Of a DNA stretch of 64,000 nucleotides, positions 11,815-23,100 are shown piece by piece; positions within the stretch are counted from its first letter, which is position 1, and the number at the start of each line of letters is the position of its first letter. This stretch comes from Octopus sinensis (lineage: Eukaryota), in assembly GCF_006345805.1 (NCBI RefSeq), contig NC_043026.1, positions 3,038,001 to 3,102,000 of the forward strand, given 5' to 3'. Under the pieces are notes generated by a model. That model saw only the letters and a program-made list of their open reading frames with translations. It made no database searches and was not told where the DNA came from. Made by a program: the position numbers and the translations under genes.

Positions 11815-12190
11815 CCGTGGCACGTAGCACCATCCGTTCGTGGCCGTTGCCAGCCACGCCTGGCGCCCGTGCCGGTGGCACGTAAAAAGCACTATCCGTT
11901 CGTGGCTGTTGCCAGCCTTGCCTGGCCCCCGTGCCGGTGGCACGTAAAAAGCACCATCCATCCGTGGCCGTTTGCCAGCCCCGTCTGGCACCTGTGCGGG
12001 TGGCACGTAAAAAGCACCCACTACACTCACGGAATGGTTGGCGTTTGGAAGGGCATCCAGCCGTAGAAACACTGCCAGATCTGACTGGGCCTGATGCAGC
12101 CTTCCAGCTTCACAGACCCCAGTTGAACCGTCCAACCCATGCTAGCATGGAAAGCGGACGCTAAATGATGATGATGATGATGATGATGAA
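11815..12190 (+). mobile_element. SINE/LINE-tail family 2 with (GAT)n tail and an internal array of about 60-nt units
   Basis: Four TGGCACGTA(A/G) units, then GGTTGGCGTTTGGAAGGGCATCCAGC...GCGGACGCTAAATGATGATG; opposite-strand copies at about 27225-27470, 30025-30400 and 30460-30800. Confidence 0.75.
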
Positions 12191-12415
12191 TAAATAAGAT
12201 AACCAGACAACAGTAAAAAACTAAGAAATCTCTTTACCAACCAACAATTAATATTCCTTGTGAACTAACCAAACCGGCCCCTTCTGACTTCACTCTGAAC
12301 TAACACAAACTTCTCTCGACTCCAAACTCGGATTTTTATTATTTATACTTTACTCAGACCAGTTTATCTCTTGCAAGGGGCCGTTGTAACTTCCATCACA
12401 GCATATCCCTTTCTG
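12190..12415 (-). mobile_element. 3' LTR (truncated) plus PPT of a decayed Gypsy-like element
   Basis: Minus strand AGAAAGGGATA then TGCTGTGATGG...; same family as 6877-7133. Confidence 0.65.
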
Positions 12416-12480
12416 AGATTTTGACGACTGTGAGAAAGTGGAATTCTTTCATTTTTATGGGTTTTTTTCTTTCCAGTACC

Positions 12481-12897
12481 TCTTTACTCTCTTTTACTTG
12501 TTTCAGTCATTTGACTGCGGCCAAGCTGGAGCACCGCCTATGGTCGAGCAAATCGACCCCGGGACTTATTCTTTGCAAGCCCAGTACTTATTCTATCGGT
12601 CTGTTTTGCCGAACCGCTAAGTGACGGGGACGTAAACACACCAGCATCGGTTGTCAAGCAATGGTGGGGGGACAAACACAGACACACAAACATATACACA
12701 CACATACACATATATATATACATATATACGACAGGCTTCTTTCAGTTTCTTTCAGTTTCCGTCTACCAAATCCACTCACAAGGCATTGGTCGGCCCGGGG
12801 CTATAGTGGAAGACACTTGCCCAAGATGCCACGCAGTGGGACTGAACCCGGAACCATGTGGTTGGTTAGTAAGCTACTTACCAGACAGCCACTCCTT
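12481..12897 (-). mobile_element. SINE family 1, full length
   Basis: Near-identical to 1165-1574. Confidence 0.85.
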
Positions 12898-13088
12898 CTG
12901 TAGTATGATGCAAGGGTTATATCCTCCTCTGGGTTATAACTGAATTCATTAATCAAGTTCAAAATGCCATCTGGCAAAAACGAACTTACTCCAATTTTGA
13001 ACTTCTTTGAATATAGTTCCAATAAGTGTTGTTGTTTTAGTTGTTGCTGTAATAGTTGATTCTGCAACTCCTGTTGATGCTTGTTTGT
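12898..13088 (-). pseudogene. Gypsy (Mag/K02A2.6-like) gag N-terminal relic
   Basis: QQQLKQQ...ILNLINEFSYNPEEDITLASYY resembles the FSYNPE(E/D)GxTFxxY motif; it lies upstream of the same-strand PPT and LTR. Confidence 0.55.
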
Positions 13089-13089
13089 T

Positions 13090-13425
13090 TGGTGAGCGAA
13101 GCAGTCTTCATCCCAGAGCTCGCAAAATCGCGCCTCGGGAGAAGTCCGAAACGTGGTCCTTTGCTATTCGTAAGACCCGCAGAAGAGAAGGCAGGTCAAC
13201 CCCCGACACCGAGAGCATCGACGGATGGATGAATGCACATCCAGGCTCAGCGGTTGCGTAGGAAGTCGGGGACAAGAAACAGGAAGAAAGAGTGAGAGAA
13301 AGTTGGAGCGAAAGAGTACAACAGGGGTTGCAACACCACCCTCCTGCTGGAGGTCTGGGAATCAAAACCGTGATCCTCCGACCGCGAGTCCGCTGCCCTA
13401 ACCACTGGGCCATTGTGCCTCCACT
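13090..13425 (-). mobile_element. tRNA-derived SINE family 4 head with an alternative tail
   Basis: GGAGGCACAATGGCCCAGTGGTTAGGGCAGCGGACTCGCGGTC...GTTTTGATTCCC; same head as 41465-41772. Confidence 0.75.
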
Positions 13426-14574
13426 TCCTATTGCTGCTCTTGTTGTTCATAAGTTTGTGAGCAATGTGAAATGAAGTGATTGGTTCAAGAACACAGCTCG
13501 TAAGATTGTGGTTTCAATTCCTGGACCAGACGACATATGTTCTTGAGGAAAACACTTCATTTCACATTGCTGCAGACTATTTGTGGAATTGCATGGCTTA
13601 GTGATTCGGGTGTTGAACTCATGATCATAGGATTGTGGTTTCAATTCCTGGATGAGGCAACGTGTTGTATCCTTGAGCAAAACACTTCATTTCATGTTGC
13701 TTCTGTCCACTCAGCTGGTATAAAGGAATAATCCTTTGATGGACTGGCTTCCCGTCCAGGTGGTGGTGGGGGGGAGGGGATATATATGCCATGGAAATCG
13801 GGAAATCAGCCCTTATGAATCAGAGAAGTAGTGGCTGGATCTGGATGACTAATACTAGAAAATTCATCTGTTTCCCAATTAGACTCCCACATTCATGCCA
13901 ACCAATAATTAGGGGCCACATGTAAATTCATCAATAGCTTTTTCCCCAATGGTTTCCATTGTTGCGTTTTATCAAATCAAAGTTACAATTGATCTAAAAA
14001 CATAATTAAATTCATCTGCAAAGAAGAGTGAACACTAACATGCAAAGCAAAGAAAAATAATCAATTTGTGGCTAAAGCTTTCCATGGGTCACTTACACAA
14101 ACACACACACACACACACACACACAAAACACATATACACACACATACATATACATACACATATTCACACACACACACACACGTACACAAAAACACACATG
14201 TAAACACACACACATACATATACACACACATACGCACACACACACACTCACACACACACACACCTATGCATACACACACCTACACACACACACACACTCA
14301 CACACACACACCTACACATACACTCACACACACACACACCTACACATACACTCACACACACACACACCTACACACACACACAAAAACACACATACACACA
14401 CATACATATACACACACATACGCACACACACACACACACACACACACGTACACACACAATCATCCTCCACCTATACATACAGGCATGGCTGTGTGGGAGG
14501 AGAGGTTTACTTCCCAACCACATGGTTCCAGGTTCAGTCCCACTGCATGGCATCTTAGGCAAGCATCTTCTACT

Positions 14575-14990
14575 ATAGGCGCAGGAGTGGCTGTGTGGTA
14601 AGTAGCTTGCTAACCAACCACATGGTTCTGGGTTCAGTCCCACTGCATGGCACCTTGGGTAAGTGTCTTCTGCTATAGCCCCGGGCCGACCAATTCCTTG
14701 TGAGTGGATTTGGTAGATGGAAACTGAAAGAAGCCTGTCGTATATATGTATATATATATATGTATGTGTGTGTGTTTGTGTATCTGTGTTTGTCCCCCTA
14801 GCATTGCTTGACAACCGATGCTGGTGTGTTTATGTCCCCGTTACTTAGCAGTTCGGCAAAATGACCGATAGAATAAGTACTGGGCTTACAAAAAGAATAA
14901 GTCCTGGGGTCGATTTGCTTGATTAAAGGCGGTGCTCCAGCATGGCTGCAGTGAAGTGACTGAAACAAGTAAAAGCGTAAAAGAGTATAT
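14575..14990 (+). mobile_element. SINE family 1, full length, preceded by a partial head at about 14480-14575
   Basis: Sequence identity to other copies. Confidence 0.85.
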
Positions 14991-15030
14991 ATATATAATC
15001 AAAATAAGCAACAAGTATATCCGAAGAAGA

Positions 15031-15116
15031 GTGATACAATTGTTTCATGCTACTTCATTTTATTAAACACCGTAAGTATTACATCAGTTTTAAAATGTTG
15101 AGCAATCTTCAGCCAC
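15031..15116 (-). ncRNA. type I hammerhead ribozyme candidate (family D)
   Basis: GTGG-CTGAAGA-T-TGCT..long stem II..AGCA-T-GAAA-CAATTG-TA-TCAC; palindromic stem III ACAATTGT. Confidence 0.7.
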
Positions 15117-15319
15117 TTATAGAATTTTCCAATCAAACGGACAATGCACATTCTTATCCATATTTCATTTGCCAACAGTCAAAGAGTGAATTTACTACTA
15201 TCATGTTCTTAAGAATGACATTAACCTCTCTCTGTCATTATATCTACCCTCTTTGTAATGTTGGCCAATGAAATGGAGATAAAAATGTACATTGTCCATT
15301 TAATTAAAAAATTCTATAT

Positions 15320-15405
15320 GTGGCTGAAGATTGCTCAACATTTTAAAACTGATGTAATCCTTACATTCTTTAATAAAATGAAGTAGCATGAAACAATTGT
15401 ACTAC
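15320..15405 (+). ncRNA. type I hammerhead ribozyme candidate (family D); predicted cleavage after 15401 (GUA)
   Basis: GTGG-CTGAAGA-T-TGCT-CAA-CATTTTA..ATGTAA-TCC-TTACAT..TAAAATG-AAGT-AGCA-T-GAAA-CAATTG-TA-CTAC. Confidence 0.75.
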
Positions 15406-15497
15406 TCTACCTTGGACATCCTTGTTGCTTATTTTGATTATAGTCACCCCATTTGATTTATATGGATAATACCATACCAAATTCTGGTGCCTTTAAC

Positions 15498-15536
<39 letters not shown>

Positions 15537-15648
15537 TAATAATAATAATATAGTGATGATGGGTATATGGGCTTTGTATATTTTACCCCAGTGTCACTTT
15601 GATGGCAGGAACTGCTCTCTCACTCAATAATAATAATAATAATAATAA

Positions 15649-15995
15649 TTGTGTACAGTGCTCAGGTGCACTACAACTCATCTAAAGTGTATATATAATC
15701 AGGTGTAGTTTCAGCGGATTTCGGAAAGTATGAGGGCCTTAAAGGATGCAGTGTCATGGCAGTCAACAACTGACGCAGGCAGTTTATGCCATGCTTCAGC
15801 AACTCTGAGCGTGAAAGAATGTTTCCGAAAGTCATGGGAGCTGTGTTGTTTTCTGACTTTGTAGGCATGTCCACGTGTGTTAGACACATGGAGATCAAAA
15901 AGGTGTTCAGTGTTGTTGTTGGTGAGGTGGTTGATAACTTTGTGGGTGTTTACCAAGTCCGTCGCCAGACGCCGGAGCTTCAGTGAATCCATGCC
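15649..15995 (-). pseudogene. 3' end of a CR1/L2-like LINE ORF2 with (ATT)n tail
   Basis: LRRLATDLVNTHKV...NTRGHAYKVRKQ...RKHSFTLRVAEAWHKLPASVV, matching the TRGH..RF/FS.RV..WN.LP C-terminal motif. Confidence 0.85.
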
Positions 15996-16038
15996 CAGGG
16001 AAGTACCATATTCATCTGAATCTAAATTTTGCTGAACT

Positions 16039-16085
<47 letters not shown>

Positions 16086-16468
16086 TCATATAAGAAGAGT
16101 GCAATAATTGTGGAGAATCACAATCATAACGGAGAAGGTAAAACCCTTACATGCCTAGAAATAGCAGTCAAAACAGCCACAAAGCCACTATAATCACTCC
16201 TATTATTTCTCCTGAACTATAAATGCTGTCAGCAAGTGACATGACACATAAAATTCAAAGCCTAAATAAAAGGTTAGTCCTGTATTGCAATTTCGAAGTT
16301 AGGAACCAAAAATGGATCCATTCAAGAAAACATTCCTCTACATAGTTTCTAACACAAAAACAACATACCTTGGAGCCTAACATTTGTCCTGACTGGCAAG
16401 AATAATGTGTCAATGTCTATCTACACAATCCAAATTCTGAATTCCAAACATCATTCATATATATTCAT

Positions 16469-16648
16469 ATGATAGATCGTTACCCACTACACACATTTTT
16501 TTTCTCTCCTTGTTTTTTTCTGTGTCCCTTTCTGTAGAAGAGCGTAGGCTCGAAACATAAAAGACTTTTTCTATTCCTGAGCGTTATACTAATACATCTG
16601 TTTGTTTTTTACACACCTGTCTTCGTCTTTTGTTTGTTTCGTAAACTC

Positions 16649-16691
<43 letters not shown>

Positions 16692-16882
16692 ATATAATAA
16701 GAATTTACAAAAAAAACAAAAGACGAAGACAGGTGTGTAAACAACAAACAGATGTATTAGTTTAATGCTCAGGAAGTGAGAAAGTCTTTTACGTTTCGAG
16801 CCTGCGCTTTTCAGCAGAAAGGAACACAGAACTAAAGAGGGAGAGAAAATAGAAAAAGGTTTAGTGGCTAGCGATTTATCAT
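16469..16882. mobile_element. inverted pair of family B pLTR-like repeats around (TA)n
   Basis: Arms 16469-16649 and 16700-16882; hammerhead-like motifs at 16528-16563 (+, CTGTAGA) and 16786-16821 (-, CTGCTGA). Confidence 0.75.
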
Positions 16883-16889
16883 GGGAATA

Positions 16890-16987
<98 letters not shown>

Positions 16988-17119
16988 TATTATTATTATT
17001 ATATATTATTATTATTATTTTAAACTTGACAAAGACAGACGTACTGTTGAAATATCGTTCAACTAATAAAATATCTCACAATCGAATTGCGCTCTTCGTC
17101 TTAACTGTTTAATAATAAT

Positions 17120-17152
<33 letters not shown>

Positions 17153-17154
17153 AA

Positions 17155-17335
17155 CATTGAAAAATACCTTAGGAATGAGAACCCAAGTTTGAAATTTCCC
17201 CAAAACATCTGATGAAGGCCGGAGGGTATATCAGCTGAAACATATTAACAACAAACAAGATGAGGACAAATATCTGTCAAATGTAAAGAATGTAAATAAT
17301 GTACATAATTCCTCATCTCTTAAATATAGAACAGT
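17155..17335 (+). mobile_element. family A pLTR-like repeat with a decayed hammerhead (17204-17246)
   Basis: CTGATGA-A-GGCCG-GAGGGTATAT-CAGCT-GAAAC; homologous to 20995-21190. Confidence 0.7.
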
Positions 17336-17780
17336 TTCTAATGAAAACCTGAAAATAAATGGGAAACAGAAAAATCTTACTCTAATTTAGTTTATCAAAA
17401 GAGAAGATAATCTTTGCACTTAAAGCAGTTTAGTTGCAGTGAGTACTTCCACCCCAACCCACTTCACACTAGCTTTCAGTTCCATCTTGTCCTGTCCCAT
17501 TGCACAGCTTGAAGACATACTTGACCTACTATTAACTAAAATGTTAATAGCTACTAACTAATTATTATAGCTGCAAATATCTCAAGGATATTGTTTCACT
17601 ACTTACAGGCAGAAACCTGCTACTGGTAGCCATGTAATCCATTAGAAATATCTTTAGGAAATTGTTTCATTGCATTATCATCATCATCATCATCATCATC
17701 AGGGTCATCATCGTTGTAGTCATTGTCGTTGTCATCATCGCTGTCATAATCATCATCATCATCATTATCATCATCAGTTC

Positions 17781-17942
17781 TAGATAATTTGACTCCTGGT
17801 AATTTCACTCCCAGTGTTTTGACTCAGTAATTTGACTCAGTAATTTGACTGCTGGTCAATTTTACTCTTGGTAATTTCAATCCTAATAATAGTAAAAATA
17901 AATAAATAAAATGTTGAAATTCATTGTTGTTGCTATTGTCGT

Positions 17943-17976
<34 letters not shown>

Positions 17977-20344
17977 GATGAAGATGATTTACAGAGTAAT
18001 TTAGTTCATTGAAAGAATCTTTTTCAATCATCCATTTGGATGTTTTATTTAAAGAGTTTACAGGTTTACTTGTGAACCATCCCTGCCTCATTCGTTTCTG
18101 TTGTGGAAGGATTCTGACCACCACCTTATAATTAAAAGTGGACTGCCACATTTTCTATAAATAAAGAATTGTCAAGTTATCAGGAGTCGATTGGTAAGCA
18201 GTTCACTGTGAGCCATGTAATCTCATGTAGCACTAAGCCTCATGCGTTCATGTAAACACTTTGTCAAATTGTTTATCAAGCTTACAGAAATATGAAAGTC
18301 ACTTAAAATGGAAATACACATACACCATGCCTCGTGTTTTTAACAGTATCCATGGAAGGAAGAAACTTGTGGATGACATGAATTGAATGTATGCAGCACA
18401 GAAACAAAATGCCGACTGATCTAAGAATTACTAGAAATGCAAAATTAAGTCCTGTAAAGCTCAAGTCCACACCATGACACACGATGAAGATTTTACCATA
18501 TTTAAGCAGATTGGTGAGCATCATAGTTCATGTGGCTCAAAACAAAAAGTTCAGAAAACTTTAGTGGACCTAAAGGTGTAAGCTTCCCAGGAATCTTCTC
18601 ATTCGTTAAGTGCAACTACTTGTGAAAAGCTTGATGAAAATGAAATGGCTCACATTCCTTCCTCTTTGTGTGTAAGTCACAATATAAGGAGCTGGCATGA
18701 AGCAAAAGTAAGGGTCCCTCCAACCCCTCAGAGTCAATTTCGTTATGAGAAACATGATGAACACAAGTTCCTTGATAGTGGCAAACTTTTTTTTGCAGTG
18801 TGATAGAAGTGAAACTGATGTAGACAGATTACTTGTGTTTGCAACTGATAAAGGGATTGATGACTTAGGGAATGTAAAACACTGGGCAAGGTGGTGGAAC
18901 TTTGGAGTGCCCCCCAACTGTATTCTATCAGTTGTACACATTTCGTATTCAAGTGGGTTCAGTCAGTGTTCCATGATTGTTTGCATTACTTCCAAACAAG
19001 AATCAAGGAACTTAGACCCACTTTTTAAATAAGCTTAAATAGGCGCAGGAGTGGCTGGGTGGTAAGTAGCTTGCTAACCGACCACATGGTTCCAAGTTCA
19101 GTCCCACTGCATGGCATCTTGGGCAAGTGTCTTCTGCTATAGCCCCAGGCCGACCAATGCCTTGTGAGTGGATTTGGTTGACGGAAACTGAAAGAAGCCT
19201 GTCTATATGTATGTATGTATATATATGTATGTGTGTATATGTTTGTGTGTCTGTGTTTGTCCCTCTAGCATTGCTTGACAACTGATGCTGGTGAGGTTAC
19301 GTCCCCGTCACTTAGTGGTTCGGCAAAAGAGACCGATAGAATAAGTACTGGGCTTACAAAGAATATGTCCCAGGGTCGATTTGCTCGATTAAAGGCGGTG
19401 CTCCAGCATGGCCACAGTCAAATGACTGAAACAAGTAAAAGAGTAAGCTAAATGAATGACATCAAGGACTGAGCCCTGAAAATGTTTTGATGGATTTTGA
19501 AAAAACTCACATTAATAGCATTTTATCTGCGTTTCCTAATGCTTCCACCTCATATTGTCTTTTTCATCTGTCTCAAAATGTGTCCAGAAAAATATGTGAA
19601 TTTAGCTTTAAGGAAAGATAATGAGTTTAGCATTAAAATCAGATGTTTTTCAGCACTGGCTTTTCTTCCTCTTCATGTGACTGACAGATTTGAAGTTCTT
19701 ATAGGTGACGACGAACCTGTGTCCTACTTTGAATTATCACACAGCAGTGGTGCCCCAGCATGGCCGCGGCCTTCGAGCTATAACATTTTTAAGGATTTAA
19801 GGGTGTGAAGTAGAGGAATCACATAACAAAGAACTTCTCCTTTGTTTTCCATTGATAGTTGGAATGTCCGCTTTAGAACAGAATTGGATATGCGTCACAC
19901 TAATAACCATTTAGAGGATTACCACAATGCACGAGAAAATCCTTTAACTTGCACACATTCGAATATCTGAAAATTAATTACTGCATTGAAAAGGAAAGAA
20001 CACTTGGCACAACTGAGAAAGGTTGAATTTGATTGAGGGAAGATCTGCGAGGGTCCCCAAAAAAATGTATAAAGATAGAAATAAATGGCTGTAGATAATT
20101 ATTCAGTCTTGAAAATAAGATGGATTTTTTAGGAGCAAATAGTTCATAAACCTTCATCATTATTGAAGTTTTTAGTAATATTTTTATGTTTTATTGTACT
20201 TTTTACTTTATTTTTATTCAATGTTTTATTTTTTTTTTTTCAAATACTGGGAGTGAAATTGACTGGCAGTCAAATTACCAGGGATCAAATTACTGGAGTC
20301 AAAATACCAGGAGTGAAATTACCATGAGTCAAATTGCCGGTCAC
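17781..20344 (+). mobile_element. decayed Mutator-like (MULE) DNA transposon with subrepeat-built TIRs
   Basis: Remnants DRLLVFATDKGIDDL..HWA, VFYQLYTF, VLMDFEK..AFPNA..YCLFHLSQNV, CFSALAFLP, FSIDSWNV..TNNHLEDYHN; ends 17781-17885 and 20241-20344 are inverted arrays of GGTAATTT(G/C)ACTC-like units. Confidence 0.85.
19039..19445 (+). mobile_element. SINE family 1 inserted into the MULE transposase
   Basis: Full copy; probable TSD TAAGCTTAAAT (19030-19040) / TAAGCTAAAT (19444-19453). Confidence 0.85.
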
Positions 20345-20346
20345 CG

Positions 20347-20397
<51 letters not shown>

Positions 20398-20400
20398 CCG

Positions 20401-20448
<48 letters not shown>

Positions 20449-20469
20449 CCACCATCATCACTGCCGCTT

Positions 20470-20900
20470 GACCACATGTTGGCACAAGGCCTGAAATTTG
20501 GTGAAGGGGGAGAGTCAATTCTATCAACTCCAGTACTCGACTCGTACTTATTTTATCAACTCAAGAAGGATGAAAGGTAAAGTCGACCTCAGCGGAATTT
20601 GAACTGAGAATGTAAAGATGAACAAAATGCCACAAAGCATTTTGCCCAGCATGCTAACTTCTGCCAGCTCGCTGCCTTAAATAATAATAATAATAACAAT
20701 GGTTTCAAATTTTGGCACAAGGCCAGCAAATTTGGGGGAGGGTTAAGTCAATTACATCGATCCCAGTATACAACTGGTATTTATTTTATCAACCTCAAAA
20801 TGATGAAAGGTAAAGTCGACCTCAGCAGAATTTGAACTCAGGACATAACGGTAGACGAAATGCCACTAAGTATTTGGTCTGATGTGCTAACGATCCTGAT
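20470..20900 (-). mobile_element. two tandem copies of SINE family 3 (GTCGACTTTACCTTTCATC domain, possibly MetaSINE-like)
   Basis: GAGTTCAAATTC..GAGGTCGACTTTACCTTTCATC..GATAAAATAA..ACCAG; other copies at about 29370-29570, 56860-57070 and 63440-63600. Confidence 0.7.
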
Positions 20901-21086
20901 ATTTCACATCCTTAATTATTATCATTAATTATATTTCTACAGCAATGAAATCAGATAAATCCAATAATGAAACAGTGATGTTTCAAATCAGTTCAAAGAT
21001 ACAGTTCTATATTTAAGAGATGAGGAATTATTTACATTATTTACATTATTTACATTCAACAGATGTTTGTGCGCTTGTTGGTTGTC

Positions 21087-21132
21087 AACACAACGTTTCG
21101 GCTGATGTACCCTCCAGCCTTCATCAGGTGTC
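21087..21132 (-). ncRNA. type I hammerhead ribozyme candidate (family A); predicted cleavage after 21092 (GUU)
   Basis: GACAC-CTGATGA-A-GGCTG-GAGGGTACAT-CAGCC-GAAA-CG-TT-GTGTT: canonical core, extra A after A9, palindromic minimal stem III ACGT. Confidence 0.75.
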
Positions 21133-21207
21133 TTGGGGAAATTTCAGACCTAGGTTCTCATTCCTAAGGTATTTTTCAATGTTTTTATTACTATGCCATA
21201 TGCCCAT

Positions 21208-21425
21208 GGGCATATGGTGTAGTGGTTAAGAACATGGACTACCAACCCCAAGATTCTGAGTTTGATTCCAAACAGTGACCTGAACAACAATAATAATAAT
21301 AACACCAAAGCATACCTTAGGAAAGAGAACCCAGTTTCGAAATTTCCTCAAGACACCTATCAGCCGAAATGTTGTGTTGACAACAAACAAGATGAGGACA
21401 AATATCCATCAAATGTGGAAAATAA
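21208..21425 (+). mobile_element. tRNA-type head + (AAT)n linker + family A pLTR-like tail (hammerhead core deleted)
   Basis: A box TGGTGTAGTGG 21215-21225, B-box-like GAGTTTGATTCC 21258-21269, then GACACC|TATCAGCCGAAATGTTGTGTTG. Confidence 0.7.
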
Positions 21426-21904
21426 TATACAGTTCAAGGATGTTTCTAAGCTTGTTTGTTTTGGTAGTGAAGTTTTTCAGGAGGGTGTCCAAAGCATTTT
21501 AATTACCCCACAAAATTTTAGGGGGTGTGATTTCACTTTTTGCATCTCCTGTTCCTGAACCGATGAGTGAAACAATATCCCCAGGATCTTTGTGATGAAT
21601 TACCATGGTTACCAGTAGCAGGTTCCTGTCTGTAAATAGTAAAACAACACCCTTCAAATATTTGTAGCTGCATTAATTAGCAGCCATTAACATTTTAGTT
21701 AATAGTAGATTAAGTATGTATCGTTGCTGTATAATAGAACAAGACAAGATAGGGCATAGAGTAAGTGCAGGGTGGGTGGGAAGTACTGACAGCAGGTAAA
21801 CTGCTTCAAGTGCAAAGATTATCTTCGTTTTCCATAAAATATGTCAGTGTAAGATTTATCTGTTTTCCATTTTTATTTTCAGGTTTTCATCAAGAAATAC
21901 AAAA

Positions 21905-22209
21905 ACTTGATTCTTTTACTCTTTCACCTGTTTCAGTCATTTGGCTGTGGCCATGCTGGAACACAGCCTTTAGTCGAGCAAATCAACCCCAGGACTTATT
22001 CTTTGTAAGCCTAGTACTTATTCTATTGGTCTCTTTTGCCAAACTGCTAAGTTGCAGGGACATAAACACACCAATATCGGTTGTCAAACGATGTTGGGGG
22101 AAACAAACACAGACACACAAACATATACACTCATACATACATACATACATACATACATACATACATACATACATACATACCTACCTACATACATACATAC
22201 ATACATACA

Positions 22210-22241
<32 letters not shown>

Positions 22242-22404
22242 CACATACACACACACATACATACATACATACATACATACATACATACATACATACATAC
22301 ACACACATACATACATACATACATACATACACACACACACATACACACATACATACATACATACATACATACATACATACATACATACATACTACCTACA
22401 TACA

Positions 22405-22438
<34 letters not shown>

Positions 22439-22448
22439 CATACATACA

Positions 22449-22480
<32 letters not shown>

Positions 22481-22636
22481 CACATACATATACACATACA
22501 CACACACATACATACATACATACATATATACATACATACATATATACATACATACCTACCTACATACATACATACATACATACATATACACATACACACA
22601 CACATACATACATACATACATACACACATACGTACA

Positions 22637-22668
<32 letters not shown>

Positions 22669-22894
22669 CACATACACACACACATACATACATACATACA
22701 TACATACATACATACATACATACATACATACATACATGCATGCATGCATGCATACATACATACATCCATATATACATACATACATACATACATACCTACA
22801 TACATATATATATACATACATACATACACACATACATACATACATACATACATACATACATACATACATACATACATACACACACATACATACA

Positions 22895-22930
<36 letters not shown>

Positions 22931-23100
22931 TATAATATACATATATATGACGAGCTTCTTTCAGTTTCTGTCTACCAAATCCACTTGGAAGGCTTTGGTC
23001 GGCCCGAGGCTATAGTAGAAGACTCTTGCCCAAGGTGCCACGCAGTGGGACTGAACCCAGAACCATGTGGTTCGTAAGCAAGCTATTTACCACACAGCCC
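21905..23100 (-). mobile_element. SINE family 1 with an internal (TACA)n expansion of about 800 bp
   Basis: SINE 3' half 21905-22125, microsatellite about 22130-22940, SINE head 22945-23100. Confidence 0.85.

Noticed and set aside
21765-23077. 416-aa and 341-aa HTYI-repeat ORFs
   Set aside because: Read-through of the (TACA)n expansion inside a SINE.
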